Below are positions 36,706 through 50,879 of a DNA stretch of 64,000 bases, in pieces. The stretch's first letter is position 1; the number at the start of each line of letters is the position of its first letter. The position numbers were made by a program, and so were the translations under genes. The notes below the pieces were generated by a model. It did not search any database, was not told the DNA's origin, and worked only from the letters and a program-made list of their open reading frames with translations. Origin of the DNA: Camelus dromedarius (lineage: Eukaryota); assembly GCF_036321535.1 (NCBI RefSeq), contig NC_087437.1:110424001-110488000 (forward strand), in the 5' to 3' direction.

Positions 36706-38040
36706 AATATGAACATGAGATTAAAATTATTGTGTTCCCTGAGTTGCCAGGATACCAGAACCAGAAATCCCTAACATGGACTTAGAGGACCCTCAGAGAA
36801 AAATCTAAATTTCAAGTCTTATATTATTAGAAATATTCAAAGTAGGCAGACAGCTCATTATCCCCTGTGAATCCTCTGTGAAGGGGCTTCTTACAAGAAT
36901 TAGTACCAATGTGATGATCTCAACAGCTCCCTCAAAACTCTCCAATCTGATAAGACTCTGACTTGGGGTACCATCAACTTACCTGCAGGTCTGTGCCCCA
37001 AATGCAATGCATCTGGCTAAAGATAATTCCCAGTACTTTTAAGTAGCCTCAGCCTCTCAGTAGTAATCTTTTCCTCTGATTTTATTTCGCATTAAACACT
37101 ATGAAACTCCACAATCTATGGGCAACATATGAGTTCTACAACAGAGGGAGTAGTGAGACATATGGGAGCCCCAGGAGGTACTGGAAACTGAGAACTCTAC
37201 CAGTCTCAGCCAGCCCTTTAAAGACTATGCAGTCTTATATTTTAGATGGAATTTTTTTTTTTTGCTATTTGTTGTGGATTGAAAATTCTGAAGGTGTAAT
37301 TAATAGTGGAAGGATATCCAATAACAGTAGTAATGCTGAGAAGGGTGAATTGTTTCCAACTGCTAGACTGCCTTCTACCTTCTGCCTCAACTTTACATTC
37401 TAAGAGTTGGCTTCTTCTGGGTGTCTCTTTATTTAGGGTCAGGGTGAATCTGAACACAAACATCTTTTGTGTTTTAAGATGATGTGTCTTTCCCTGCAGA
37501 CAACTTAGCCAAGGTCAGGAAGGTCACAGCTTAAGGCAAAGGGCCAGTCTTCTTAGAAGAATCACAGAACATTTCTTAGTCTGTGCCTTTCTGACCATGG
37601 TTATTTTTGATATTGAACTATGAGGTGACCCTAAAGCCAGAAATTGCTTTTGCTGAGTAACAAAAGAACTAAAGGTTGATAACATGACCCTACAAGAAAA
37701 AACTCAACTGGGCCTGATACTGAATTTCATCTTTCAATTCATCCCTTAACTTCAGTCTCCTTTTTCCCCTCATTATACCAACAGAGCCACCAAATTCTTT
37801 TTCTTTGCCCAGAAATCCACCGTGAGAGCCATAATAAAAAAATCACTTTTGGTTCTGAAGCTTTCAGATTTAGATATTATTATAAGAGAGGTACCAAAAA
37901 ACCGAAGTGTTTCAAAAAAAAGAAATAGAAAATGAGCACCAAAGGGAAAAACAACAACAACAAAAAGCTAGGAAGAGCTAAAAAGAATGATTAATATGCA
38001 ATTTGAGGGATGAAATTATGTTATATGTAATTTATGAATA

Positions 38041-38345
38041 AAAACTCATAGACATAGAATACAAACTTGTGGTTGCCAAGGGAGGAGGGTGGGAAGGGAC
38101 AGACTGGGAGTTCAAAATTTGTAGATACTGACAGGCATATGCAGAATAGATAAACAAGATTATACTGTATAGCACAGGGAAATATATACAAGATCTTGTG
38201 GTAGCTCACAGCAAAAAAAAAATGTGACATTGAATATATGTATGTTCATGTATAACTGAAAAATTGTGCTCTACACTGGAATTTGACACAACATTGTAAA
38301 ATGACTCTAAGTCAATTAAAAAAAAGTTAAAAAAAAAAAAAAAAG
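38041..38345 (+). mobile_element. Young camelid-type L1 3' end with long poly(A)
   Basis: CTCATAGACATAGAATACAAACTTGTGGTTGCCAAG..GATCTTGTGGTAGCTCACAG..GCTCTACACTGGAATTTGACAC. Confidence 0.9.
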
Positions 38346-38360
38346 AATAGTAGTAGTCCG

Positions 38361-38574
38361 AAATAGGTAAATAACAAGGACCTACTGTATTGCACAGGGA
38401 ATTATAGTCAATATCTTATAATAACCTATAATGGAAAAGGATACATACATACATACATACATACATACATACATACATGCATACAACTGAATCACTTTGC
38501 TGTATGTTTGAAATTAACATAACATTGTAAACTAACTATACTTCAATTTTTTTAATACTTTAAAAATAAATAAA
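38361..38574 (+). mobile_element. Older L1 3' end containing an (ATAC)n repeat (38441-38478)
   Basis: AACAAGGACCTACTGTAT..AACTGAATCACTTTGCTGTA..CTATACTTCAA. Confidence 0.85.
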
Positions 38575-41339
38575 GAGGGGTCTTATATGTAATGCATGTA
38601 AATATAAATTTGTGCTATACGATTTTTAGATGGCATGGAATAAGCTGAATACTGCACTGGGAAAAAAAAAGAAGAATTGTAGTCCTGAATTTAGTGCCAT
38701 CCCAGAATCTGGAGCTATAAATCAGAAGATGGGCATGGTAATAGAAGCTAATGAGAATCAATCTGAAATGAAAGAGATAAAAATGAATGAAATATGCATA
38801 CATCATCAGAAATAATCAACTTTTGAAAAGATGGCTTCTAAATGGATTTTTTTCCCAGACTAGATTGTCTTCTACATCTCAATACCCAGGCAAATGATAA
38901 TTATCATTAGAGAACCTGCAGTCCCATTAATGGAAGCATGTCAAGGGTAATGTCATCTTTGCAGAAGGGCAGAGGCCTGCAGGGTATCTGATGAGCCAAG
39001 CAGATGTTCTCACTGTCCACTGGGCAAATGCATCTCCTTCACACATAATGAATATGTCATTAAGATTATCCAGCTCTCGAACTAGACTCTTCAAGTAGAA
39101 TTCTGGTATCAATTTGGTTTCCCAGTTGGCCTAGCCTACTAGAAATACAATTCACTAAGTAAGTATCCAGCACAAATAAGCTAATTGGATTTCAATGTGA
39201 ATTAAATGTCCACTCTTGTTTATACATCAGTCTCTTTAGAGTTCGGCTAACTTAACTCGGTTCTCCAGAGCCACCAACCCAAGTAAACTAACAAAATCAA
39301 AAGGCTCAACAGGCAAAACCAAGAGGTAGAGCCTGGTCCTCTGGCAGCTCTAATCAAAGTGCAGACCCCAGGCCCAATCTGGATAACTGATCTACCTCAC
39401 TCAATGACTGAATCATTTCTCAGGCAGCAGATAGAGGTACACATGTCATTAACAGACCATTTCTAACATTACTTAGTGAAGTTCTGCTTCTTCAAGTACT
39501 TTTAGCAAATAGGATTCTTTCTTAAGTGGAATGTTTTAAGAGTAACAGAAGTTGGACTGACTGAATGACCTCTGTGTAAAGCAGCTTCCAACTTTTTAAT
39601 TGTTCACTGTTGCATACTTAGATATTACACTCAATCGATTGAAATTTTTTGCATCTCCCACTGTACTTCCTACTGTTGCATAGTTTAAATGTCTTCCTCT
39701 GTAGTAACTGAAGTCATGTATCAGGAGCCACCAAAAATTGCCCTAGTCGTAGTCTTGCAATCTTCCATTTACACCTACTTCAGTGCTAGATTCAAAAGTC
39801 AGTTTGCCTAAAAAATCTTATGCCTCAGTGAGCTGCCAGGAAAAAACATACTGCAATTTCAGATTCATTTCAGCCAAGACACCATTTAAATAATTCATTA
39901 GAACAATTAATGCTCATTGCAAAACAGTTCTTCAAATAGATCTCCATTTACCTTGCTCATTTATTTATTAATTCCCCACCTTTATTAATGCATCACATTC
40001 AAGATGCATGTCAAAAGTTCCAGGAGCCCCCACCCAGCCACCCACCCACTTTCCCACTGACTCATTGCCTAACGAGAGGCTGCTCATTGAAACTCCCCCA
40101 GCCTGATCATCTGTAAAACAGTGTTAATGGGATCTGCTCCCACCCCAGGCAGCTGCAAGAACTGAGTTATGGTTTGCAGAATGCTTTGTGATTCACACAT
40201 AATAGGCTCTACAAGGAGGCAGGCTGTCATTGAGCCTTACAAGCAGTTTTTATCCCAGTTATTTTAAAGCAAGGAGAGATGACTATCCTAAGCTTCCAAA
40301 AGGTACTAAAGTAGCGTGATGTTCTGGAGAATTTCCAAAACTCAACATGGGCGATTGCTGACTCAAGTTTGCTTCTTGAGGAATGGGAAATGTCATTCAC
40401 AGCTAAGTGCAGGGAGGGGCCAAACAGGGAGAGACATAAAGGAAATTCTTGGCTCTGGGATCTGGGAATAAGAGAGTTTGCCACTTTCAAATGACCCACT
40501 GGGATCTGGCCCAATAGAATTACAGACGAAAAATCCTCCTGGTCTTCAGCCACCTGCCCAAATTTAACGTTGATTTTACACTTCCTAAAGTTGCAGCAAT
40601 GATCTTCATGTCTTAGGGGTAAGTAAATTAAGAGTTAATCCTATTAGGTTTGTTCTTATGTTAGAGGGTATTAAAACTGAAAAACTAAATTCTAAATTGT
40701 ACAAAGTGATGATGAAGTATCTATGCTGTACTTTTAATTTCCTACAAACATCTTAGAAGACTCTAGAGAAAGACATTATTCATAGCTCATAAAGTTACAA
40801 TGTTTGACACCAACTATTAATTTTATTTAGCTGCATTGGACTTATTTTCACCTTTAAATTATAACTACACAGGGAAGAGTAAATTTTTTCCTGTTATCAT
40901 TTGGTGGATTTCCATATTAAAAAGACTTCTGGGCACTCTTGGCACTGAAAATATCATAATAATAATTTAAATGATTAACATTCACCCCCTTCCAATTAAG
41001 AGAGTGCCTTAACTGCAATGATCCAGCAGTGAATGTCGATGTCTTGGCTATAATAGGCATACTGGGACTACAAGTTAGCAACAAGGAAAGAATGAAAAAA
41101 AATTTTTTATAACCACGGAAATTATTAAAAAAACTTTTAAATCAAGGAAGGGTAACCAGCACACTCAGGAGAACAACAGAACTACTGGAAAAATGCTGCA
41201 AATTCAAGCTTCTCAAAAGTCTTACCAGATTTCCATTACAGAAAACCCAATTATTGAGGTAATTTATGTAATTTAGATTAAGCAAGCAAAACACATTTAT
41301 TATGTCAGTTTCCTGTGAAGATTACACATGAAAACTAGG

Positions 41340-41480
41340 CTCTAGGACTTAACCAGCTATGTGACCATGAGCATTCACCTCCCTAAGCCTCTATCCTTAT
41401 CTGTAAATGGAAATGATGATAGGACCGGCCATATAGAGTCTGTGTAAGGGGACCCTTAGATACTCACTAAATAATTATTC
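41340..41480 (+). mobile_element. MIR SINE fragment
   Basis: CCAGCTATGTGACCATGAGC..CTCCCTAAGCCTC..TCCTTATCTGTAAATGG. Confidence 0.65.
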
Positions 41481-43820
41481 CCCATTCCTCTTTCTCTTTT
41501 ATTTAAGTCAAGGCTTTGTAGGGATCTGATTTTTCCCAAATAAAAATTTACAATTTATTTAAAATTATAGTCGATTCTTAACCACATATAACTTTTTACC
41601 TATATTTAAATAGCATGCAATTAATGAAATACAGAGCCCAAATGACTTGGAATTCTTACCAGTTACAATTCTACACTTGTAGATCATGAGTGGGACTCAA
41701 GATTCCAACACAAACCCCTCAGACTCCCTACTAGCTATAATTAAAGTGCTTTGGGACTATGATAGTCTTCATAGCTGTAGCCAAGAACAGCTCACCAGGT
41801 TGTCACTGGTCACCACGTGACGGGGTAAAGGTGGTCCTTCTAAACTTGAGAATGTAAAGCTCTGAAAGAGGATTTCTGAAGTGGTAAAAAAAAGTAATTC
41901 TTGACTTGGGGATTTTCAAACTCATCCATGCTAATTCCAATGACAGTGAAAAACAAACAAATGTCCCTAAGAAATATTGGTAGAGACCTTAAAGAAATGT
42001 CTTGTTTGCAAAACTGCTTTGATAGGCTCATGGCATTAGAGATGACTATTGTCAGCAGATGCCAAGGCAACAGAATGTGGAACTGCTCTGCCACCTGCAC
42101 CAGAGAAACTGCTGGGGAGGGAAGGGGAAGGTGTAGAGAGAAAGGAGAGAGAAGCCACAGAGAGCACAGGTGGGAGAGACAGCAATGAGCCAATCCAGTA
42201 CTGCAAGGCTGAGGTGTCTCCCTGAACAAGACCACAAAAATTCCTCCAAAGGCGGTGGTGTGAAGTGAGTATCTGTTTTCCCATTTGAAATTGTCAAATG
42301 TTGCTATATAAAGCCCTCTACTCACTTCCTCCCTCTGATACCTGTCAATGCTTCATACCTTGTGTGTGTGTGTGTGTATCTGTGTGCGTGTTTCACATCT
42401 GGCCAACTCAATGTTGACAAAATCAGCATGCATTGGATAATTCCCAAAACAATTCCTGGAAATAGGGACCCAGATTCAGGGGTGACAGGCGAATATAAGT
42501 CCTAGGAATACATTAAGACCTTGTATCTTTGGACTTCCACAAGGTCAAAGTGGAGTGATCATAGCTTGATACCAAGCAGCTGTTTGAATTTCTAATGCTT
42601 TAATTACTGAAGAAGCCGAGTTATTTGTTTGTTTATTGGTACAGTTCATTAGCTTTTGGTGAATTGTCTGCTTGCATCTGTGCCCAATTTTCTATTAAGG
42701 CATTCATTTTTTAGTTTATAATAGCCCTTTACATATTCAGCATATAAGCTCTTTGACAGAGGTTTGTGATTTTTTTTTCCTCTTTGGCTCTTATATTTAA
42801 TTTGGATTATTGTATTGTCGATATTCATTTATGAACTATTTTTTCTAGTTTCTACCTTTATTCTTATGTTTAAACAGACCTTCCACACTCCAAAATGTTC
42901 ATCCATATTTCCTACTAGTTTTGTAATAAATCTTGAACATGTAACTCTATCATCTTTCTAGAATTTAACTTGCTATAAGTTCATGTTGAGACTATGTTTA
43001 TAAATGAGATTGGGTTTTGGCTTTCTGTTTTGTAGTTTCATAACCAAGTTTGGGTAATATTAGTTTGTAAAATAATGTCAGCCCTTTGTGTGCCATGACA
43101 CAGGTCATTCATTGGTCACAACACTGATCTGCGTTCTTACTTGTCCTTAACAGAGTGAGAGGGCCTACCAGCTCAGTATTCTGGGCCCAAAGCATTTTCA
43201 GGAAGTAATTTTTGACAAACATTTTCAATATTTAGCTCAATCATTTGTTCACATGCTGAGATTTTATTTTTCCCTCTTATTGAAACCCTTTTTATAATTT
43301 ATATTCCCTCCTAGTCCTCCATTTTTTTAGATTTTAAAATTATTTAGGGTAGAGCTGTAAATAACATTTGCTTATAATTTTTAATTTTTTAATATCTGTC
43401 ATTCCCTTTTTTATCTAGGCATCAATTATTTTCTTTGTGTTTTCTAACTTCATTAATTTTTTCATAATTTCTCCATTCTCCTTTAAAGTTCCAATTTGTT
43501 ATTTTTTATCTAATTCTTTAGCTGTGTACTATCTTTTATTCTTATCCTTTTTTATAGAAAAATAGCTCAATATATATCTAATAAATCATCTGCATTTATT
43601 ATATTATTCAGATATGTCTTTGGCATTTATTTATTTCCTATTTTATCTGTCAAATACTGAAAAAGTCATATTAAATTCTGTCAGTTCTATTGTATTTTTA
43701 AGTTGTTCTTGAACTTCTAACACTTTGCTTTTTAAATATATGCTGTTTTTTAGTTTGGAGCATAAAAATGTACTGCACTTTTTAAAAATATCATGGACCT
43801 TCTTTGTCCTATTTAATGAT

Positions 43821-44246
43821 TACATGGAGTCAAACGTTCAGAAATAACAGAAGTAAAACCAATGAATCACCAAAGCAATAATTAGCAAACTTTTATTGTG
43901 CACACACCAAAAAGTTTTCAAACCAGGAGCACTCAAACCAAAACACAGAGGCTCAGGGGTATATTGTTATCAAGCAGCTTCTATAGTAAGTTTACATTCT
44001 TCACAGGGATTGGTTACAATATTAGAATTTTCTTAAATAATAGGCATTTGGTTAATGGTTACGTCATGTCAACCTTGGGAAACAGTTCAAGTTTTGCTTT
44101 TGATTTCCGGAAGCGTAGCAAGAAATGCCCCAGGTCAAGTTAGTCTTGCAAAGTAAGCTAAATTAAACTTCATTTGTATGACTAAACTGGTTTTGTCTGC
44201 CCAGGGAATTTGCAAAGCTGGTCTCCACTTGTTTTTTATTTTAACA
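43821..44246 (-). mobile_element. ERV1-type solo LTR
   Basis: Minus strand starts TGTTAAAATAAAAA and contains CCAAT and AATAAA; flanked by ATGAT repeats (43816-43820, 44247-44251); 3' terminal CA not clean. Confidence 0.6.
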
Positions 44247-44629
44247 ATGATGTCTCCTAGTTGTTTAATGTTACTGCTGTAACTCCAGTTGTTTTGTTTG
44301 TTTTTTGTTTATGTAGATTTTCCTACCCTTTCACCTTTAACCTTTCAGAATTGTTTCATTTTCTGATTATCCATGGTAAGAAGCTCTCACTCAGATATCG
44401 CTTTGGCCCAGTCCTAAGTCAAAACCTTTTAATAAAGGATACCATAGTCACAGTTATTCCATGTATTTGCATTTACTTTTATCCCATTTTAAGGCTCCTA
44501 TTTTAAGCTTCCTTGCTGTTTTCTTTTTACCATTATTTTGAGGTATAAATTATGTTCAATTTATTTTTTCAACCATGCATCTTGTTTTCAATTCTGTATG
44601 TCATCACCTTGTAAATTATTTAAAGACAT

Positions 44630-45077
44630 GCCTCTATACAAGCTAAGAACTGCAAATAACTCAAAAGTTCATCAATAGTAGAAAATATTAGTAAAGTGTA
44701 TAAATGACAATAAACTTGTATAAAGTAATAAAAGCAAATAAACTAAACTGTGTCAACAAACCTGAATGATACAAACTGTTGAACCATAAAAGCAAAACAG
44801 AAAATAATGTATATATTCTATATTAAGTTTAAAAGCAGGCAAAGGCAAACCATATTGTTATCCAAAGGCAACAGAAGTTAGGACCGGGGGCAATTAGTGG
44901 GGAAGGATGGAACTGTGATCAGAGAGGAACAAAGAAGGTTTCTGGGAAGCTGGGATAAGGCTCTTTCTTCACTTCAGTGGTAGCTATACTGCTGTCACTT
45001 TGTAATTACGCACGAATTTCTACACATCCATTGTGTGCACCATTCTAATAGAATGTTTTATCTCACAATGAAAAAAA
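44630..45077 (+). mobile_element. Old L1 (L1ME-like) 3' end
   Basis: AACTGCAAATAACTCAAAAGTTCATCAATAGTAG..AAGTTTAAAAGCAGGCAAA..GGTTTCTGGGAAGCTGG. Confidence 0.65.
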
Positions 45078-45414
45078 GTCACACGTAACTATATTTTTTT
45101 AATTATGTCAGAAAAGGCATATCTATTTATTCTCTTCCATGTAACTTAAAAACATTTCTATTTCTACCTGTACCCTACCCTGACCTCCTATGTTCTGTTT
45201 TTTGTTAGTATGACTTTTTTTTTATTTTTTATCGCCTTTCAATACTATTTATGACCTATTCAATTGATTTTATACTATAATCAGAATAATCCTTTAGATT
45301 CCATTTTATTTCAGATTTTTTCAATATTTACTATTAGTTATTTTTTTAATAAAACAGCCCCATTCTAAATTTGGATTTTGCTTTCTTTTTTATCATTTTA
45401 AAAATCTCTCATGG

Positions 45415-45568
45415 AGAGGAGAGTATGCCTCAGTGGTAGAGTGTGTGCTTAGCATGCACGAGGTCCTGTGTTCAATCCCCAGTACCTCTGTTAAAAATAA
45501 ATAAACAAATAAAAATAAACCTAATTACCTCCCCAACCCCAGAAAATTAAAATAAAATAAATTTCTTT
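45415..45568 (+). mobile_element. tRNA-Ala(AGC)-derived camelid SINE (vic-1-type), near full length
   Basis: CTCAGTGGTAGAG..GCTTAGCATGCACGAGGTCCTGTGTTCAATCCCCAGTACC..AAACCTAATTACCTCCCC; 13-bp TSD AAATCTCTCATGG at 45402-45414 and 45569-45581. Confidence 0.9.
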
Positions 45569-47440
45569 AAATCTCTCATGGCTTAAAATGAGTATATTAT
45601 TAGTAGAATACTTTTTTAGACAATATCTGAACATGCACTTCAACTGCATTCTTATGTAAATGAATAGTCAGGTAAAAAATTCTAAGGAATATTTCTTCCT
45701 CAAAAGTCTGAAAGTCTAGACCCATTTATTCTTGCAGTCAGTATTTCAGAGGAAGACTCAGAATGTAAGGTCATTCAAGACACCACCATCCTTCTGTTAC
45801 ATCCCCAGGATACATGGACCATGTATATCATCCTCTTTCTCATCAATTTCATCCTTTTATCCTCGTCATCTGAATTCTGGAAAAGCTTCTCAAATTTGTC
45901 TTCCACATTAGGATTCCTTGCATCATAGAAAAAGCTTTTTGATTTTAATCCTTCTAATGCAAATTTTAGTCCTTCTCATGCAGATTTTAAATGGGCTATT
46001 ACTTTTTAGTTCCCATTCTTCTTTCCCTACCTCATCCAACTCAGGTTGAATTTCTATGCTCTCTGTCTCCTAGCTAGCTCCTCGTTTACCTCTGTCTCTT
46101 ATTTTATTATCTCATGCTTCAGCTCCACATTTTCCAGAGTTTCACTGAAAGCACAAAGAGCCTATTCGAAATTTGTTCTCTTTCCTATGGTTATTATTAT
46201 TATTAGAAATAAGACTTCTGCATCATCTTCCTTTCAGGACACACACTATTTGCTTTGTCCCACACTGAGCTGTTCCGCTGTGGTACATCCATATTTAATG
46301 AGGTTGGCTTATACCCTTTGGTTTCCCCTCACTGACTTTTACATTTCTCTTAAAATTTTCTTTGTAGACCTTAAGCAGCAAGGTTGCATGTGTAGCTGGC
46401 TGTCCCAGAGATGGAGGAATTGGAGAAAGAATTCTTTCTGGTGACCCACTCTACTAAAGATCGGCTTTTGGTTTTTTCTTCTCTTCAGTTCACTTGTAAT
46501 GCCAGGTTCATGGAAAATCTTATCCAATCTGCTTCCCCAGGCTGCTGCTGATTTACCACATCAGACAGAAAACTAAGCATGTCTCGAAGAAATCTCACCT
46601 CACTGCCAGCTTTCTTCTTGATGTGAATCCTACGTGAACTTTAAGGTCTCCTAATACAGTGCTTCCATCTGCTCTGGATTCACATCCAGGAACAGGCATC
46701 GGGTAGTCACCCTGGGCTTTCTCTGAGGTCCACCATGGCCTGCAGGGCCCGCCCTCCAGACTAGCCACCAGTGGAGCATCTCTGAAAGCATCAGTCAACT
46801 CTGTGTCCTCCTTGCCTTGCTTCATTTTGAAAAAATCTGCATTAAATGTAAAAGAAATTATTCACTGTTCCCAGTTTTTTTTTAGCAACTCCTTTCCATA
46901 ATTTGCAAATAGTGATGTCTGCTTCCTGTTATTTTGTATTTTCTTCCGTTATTTCTAAGATGATTTGAGATAGAAGTGGTGTCTTGTGCAAATTACCACA
47001 GCCCTTATTACTGATGCGAAGGTCATAATATGAATACTGTCAAACTAACCAATGAGCTAGAAATCCCAAAATTTTCCAAGTGGATCAGCCTTGAGAAAAG
47101 CAAAGAGAGGGGTAAAGAGAACAGAACGCCTTTAAGAATTGCACTCTTGGTGAGTCTCAAATATCACATCTGTCATTTGGGCAAGCCATCTTATTCAGTC
47201 TGCTTTTAGCTCAATTTTTCAGGTGAGTCACCTCAAAACCATGCTGCAAAATGGCCCAGTTGCAGCAGGGAGCAATGAAGCTTCCCAGAATCTTGTGAAA
47301 TACCGTGATTTGTGAGCAGAACCTCCCAAACAATATTTCTCAGGGTTATTTAAAGCTTTTGCTTTTCCTTTCTCCCTAATAATGTTAACTCAGATGAGTA
47401 CATGGAGCTTCATAATGCTAATCTAGAAAAAAAGAAAATA

Positions 47441-47471
<31 letters not shown>

Positions 47472-47575
47472 TAAATAAGAATCCACTTATAGAAACAACA
47501 TTTGCATTGTGTTCCATATTACACTGTCGAAGCATCAAGGTGGAATGAAACATTGTTCTTAAAGTCAGAAATCTT

Positions 47576-47859
47576 TGTCTTTTTTTTAATTGAATGAAAG
47601 ATTCTTTAAATTGCTTTACAATTTTCAGAAATTTCACACACATGATTTCATATAATCCCATAATAACCCTTCTTTTCCCCATCCCTATATCGCTCCTCCC
47701 TCCTTCCCTCTCCCCACTGATAATCACTTGTTTGTTCTTTATATCTGTGAGTCTGGATTTTTGTTTGTTTGTTTGTTTGTTTGTTTTATCCACTAGTTTG
47801 TTGTATTTTTTAGATTCTACATATAAGTGATATCATAGTGTCTGTCTTTCTCTGTCTGA
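47576..47859 (-). mobile_element. L1 3' end insertion
   Basis: Direct repeat CTTAAAGTCAGAAATCTT at 47558-47575 and 47860-47877; T-tail then L1 3'UTR (TAGATTCTACATATAAGTGATATCATA). Confidence 0.85.
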
Positions 47860-48389
47860 CTTAAAGTCAGAAATCTTAGAATGTATATAATCTGAGGTTC
47901 CCCCATAACTCACTGAACAAGATGAAATAATTATTTAGCAACTAGAATGATAGACACTTCTTAAGGTGAGAAGTTTTTCCTGGTGGTTTTCTCTTTCCAT
48001 TAAGTGAGGACGTATCTGACCAGTCATCAAAGGGTAGAGCACATGGAACACAAAAGAGGAACAGCCACATTCAACCTCTCCATGCCCCTCGGCTGACGAA
48101 GGAGTCTACGTCAGAGTCTGTGTGGAGGAAATTGCTGTCCCCAAGCTATAGCTTTGGTCCCTCGTCACCTGACTCTACACCTGTTGCCCCCTGAATCCAG
48201 GACTCAGCTGCAGGTGAGAAGGGGCTAAATAAGCCCCTCCGCCTTACATCCCTGTATTTCCAAGTGATCAAGTTTCAAATGTGTTGAAATTCCCTACTCA
48301 CCAACTCTGACCATCAATTAAGTAAAATGAATAACTTTGGGAAGTGTTTCATCACCAATTCAGCCAAAAACATAGATGTTAACAGTACC

Positions 48390-48860
48390 ACCTTCAGTTA
48401 TCTACAATCATGGTATATAAACATTTATAAACATTTATTTCATAAACATTTATTTCACCTACAAGCCTGTGTTGTTGATTCAGGTTGGATTCAACTGAGC
48501 AGTTTTGGCCTCAGCTAGGCTTACTCTCAAGTTTGGGAGCAGCTGGTTGTTGGCTGATCTAGGATGGCTGGGGTGCCTGGCACAACTCAACTCTGCTCTA
48601 TGTGTCTTTTCTTTCAGCAGGCCAGCCAGACATCTACTCATAACTATCACAGAGGAGCAAGAGAATAAGCAAAAATAGCACAAACTTGGCCTCTGCTTGG
48701 GGGGTCGCATTTGTTAACATACCATTGTCCAAGGCAAGTCACGTGCTGAGCCCAGAGTCAAGGGGTGGAATAGAACAAATTCCCAACCTAGAGCAAGACA
48801 AAGGGAGTGGGTACTGGGAGGGATATAGAATGGAGAACAACCGTTAATGCAAGCAAGCTA
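48390..48860 (-). mobile_element. Old MLT1 (H/I-like) MaLR LTR
   Basis: GTTGGCTGATCTAGGATGG..CCATTGTCCAAGGCAAGTCACGTGCTGAGCCCAGAGTCAAGGGGTGG. Confidence 0.75.
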
Positions 48861-49378
48861 ATGTACTCCTTTAATGCCAGTGTGTCTCCTCTTTAAACCA
48901 AGGCGATCCTGAGTAGGCTGGTTACTTTATAACACACTTGATGTTTCATTTAGGGCCCTAAAATCTAGAGCTACTCATTCACAGGAGAGTATCTAGTCAA
49001 CTAACCTCAGAACAGTTAAAACTGAGTCACTGAATAATTATGATTATAAACAGAGGAAATTTACTTGCTAATATGTAAACAAAATTGGCTCATACCCCAA
49101 TAACACTTGAAACTACAGTAGGTCCCTCTTTGTTCCAATATGCAGTGCAATGCAATATTTTTCACAATGCAAGACAATGCAAGATTCTTCTCTAACAAAA
49201 CAGCACATCCCGGATAATGGTTAAAACCATGATTGTGCCTTAAGGCAGACATAGACAAGCTAGATGTAAGCAAAGAAGTGAGAGTCCCTAAAATGACAAT
49301 ATAAAATCAGTCCTTAGAAGTGCAGCACAGAAGTCACCAGGGGTCTAAATAATGCAAAAGCAAATTGGAAATCAAAGG

Positions 49379-49423
49379 TATATTTCTATCTTTAATAATA
49401 ATAAAATTAAAGATAGAAATATA
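49379..49423. repeat. Perfect 18-bp inverted repeat with 9-nt spacer
   Basis: TATATTTCTATCTTTAAT-aataataaa-ATTAAAGATAGAAATATA. Confidence 0.95.
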
Positions 49424-50879
49424 TCATCACTTATTTAAAATGAGTGTATTAAGAATTTTCATGATTATATCTGCGCTATGCTTTTGAAGGAAGTTCTGTT
49501 CCTATCTTCAAGATGCTTGATGTTTGAAACAGAACACTTAGCTATACAGGTGCTTTGTTGTTGAATGGATTTGCTTAAGATCACTGAACTTTGTCTTTAA
49601 AAAGTTGCATATGAATTAAATAGTAAGTGAATTCTGAGTTCTAATTTAGAGTGAATTTCCCACTTCCATCTGCTTAAATGGGAACCCCAAATTGCTTGAG
49701 GTGGTTTCAGTGTTTTTTAGTAGGAAATAATGGAATAAATTAAATTTTTAATATTAATGTTCTTATAATAAATTCAGTAGCAACCTTTCTTGATCATTGG
49801 TATAATTCTTAATCTAGTCATCTGATTTGGATGTTTGGTCAGATGAAATTCTGGCTAGTTAGGGCCACAATGAAAATTGATTGGATTTTGCATATCTCTT
49901 AATATTTCTTGCCTCTATGATCCAAAAAGTAAAGTCATAGTAATGATAGTTACTTCCAACCAAGAGGACTTTGAGTAAAACAATTCTTCTATCAAGGCAG
50001 CAGAAATACACTCCATTCCTGGCCCAATTCTTTTCTGGCTTTATCTGTGAAGTTTCTCTTCTGTTTCTTAATCCATTTTGTTTGTAATCTCCAAGCCAGA
50101 ATAGAACTCTTTCTGAGAGAAACTGCTGCACTACCAGTTTTAACACTCATTTTATTTTATTTTTTGAGACTTAAATACGGAAGCAGATCCCATAATACAG
50201 TGTGATAAGAATCCTAACAGCAGTTGGCACCCTTCCATCCAGTTTCTCTTGTTATCAGCACACGGGTTGTTTTAAACAGTCGGTTGGGCTGAGGTGCTGT
50301 CAGGGGCCATAGGATACGGCAAAGTTTCCTCAGCCACAGAGAGTCCTGTGCACACTTGGAACATGAAGTCTTTTCAGCAACCCTCAAAGGGAAAATGGAA
50401 AAATTCGACCAAGTAGCTTCCTTTTGTATAGCTGAGACATCTCCTGCCTTCCTTTGATTTTCAATCCCAGATGTCAAATGAAATGAGCAAAATTACAAAA
50501 GCAGCTTTTTATAAGACAAGATCTGTTTCTCCCAAAATCAAATGTTAGTGCTATTTGAATAGACATTCAAATAAAGATAAGGAACCAACACTATCAGAAT
50601 TTTATGGAAAAGCATCGGGAAATAAAAGAGCAGATTTATGTCTTTCTACTCTTGAACCAAAAAAAGAAAAAAAAAGATTTAACTAATAGCTAAAATGTAC
50701 CAGAATAATGAAAATAGCAAATTTTATTTTCTGTCCTTTGCTTTTGCTGCCAAACACCAGTGAAAGTGATTTGTTAACTGTCGTTTCTACATCCTGCCAA
50801 GCCTTCCCCACGTTGACCTGTCTCAGTAATGTTGCTGAAACTGTTCTCTTGAAGATCACTATGACCGCTTTACATCTTC

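Noticed and set aside
45415..45490. tRNA-Ala-like sequence
   Set aside because: Degenerate acceptor stem, A-rich tail and TSD show a SINE, not a tRNA gene.
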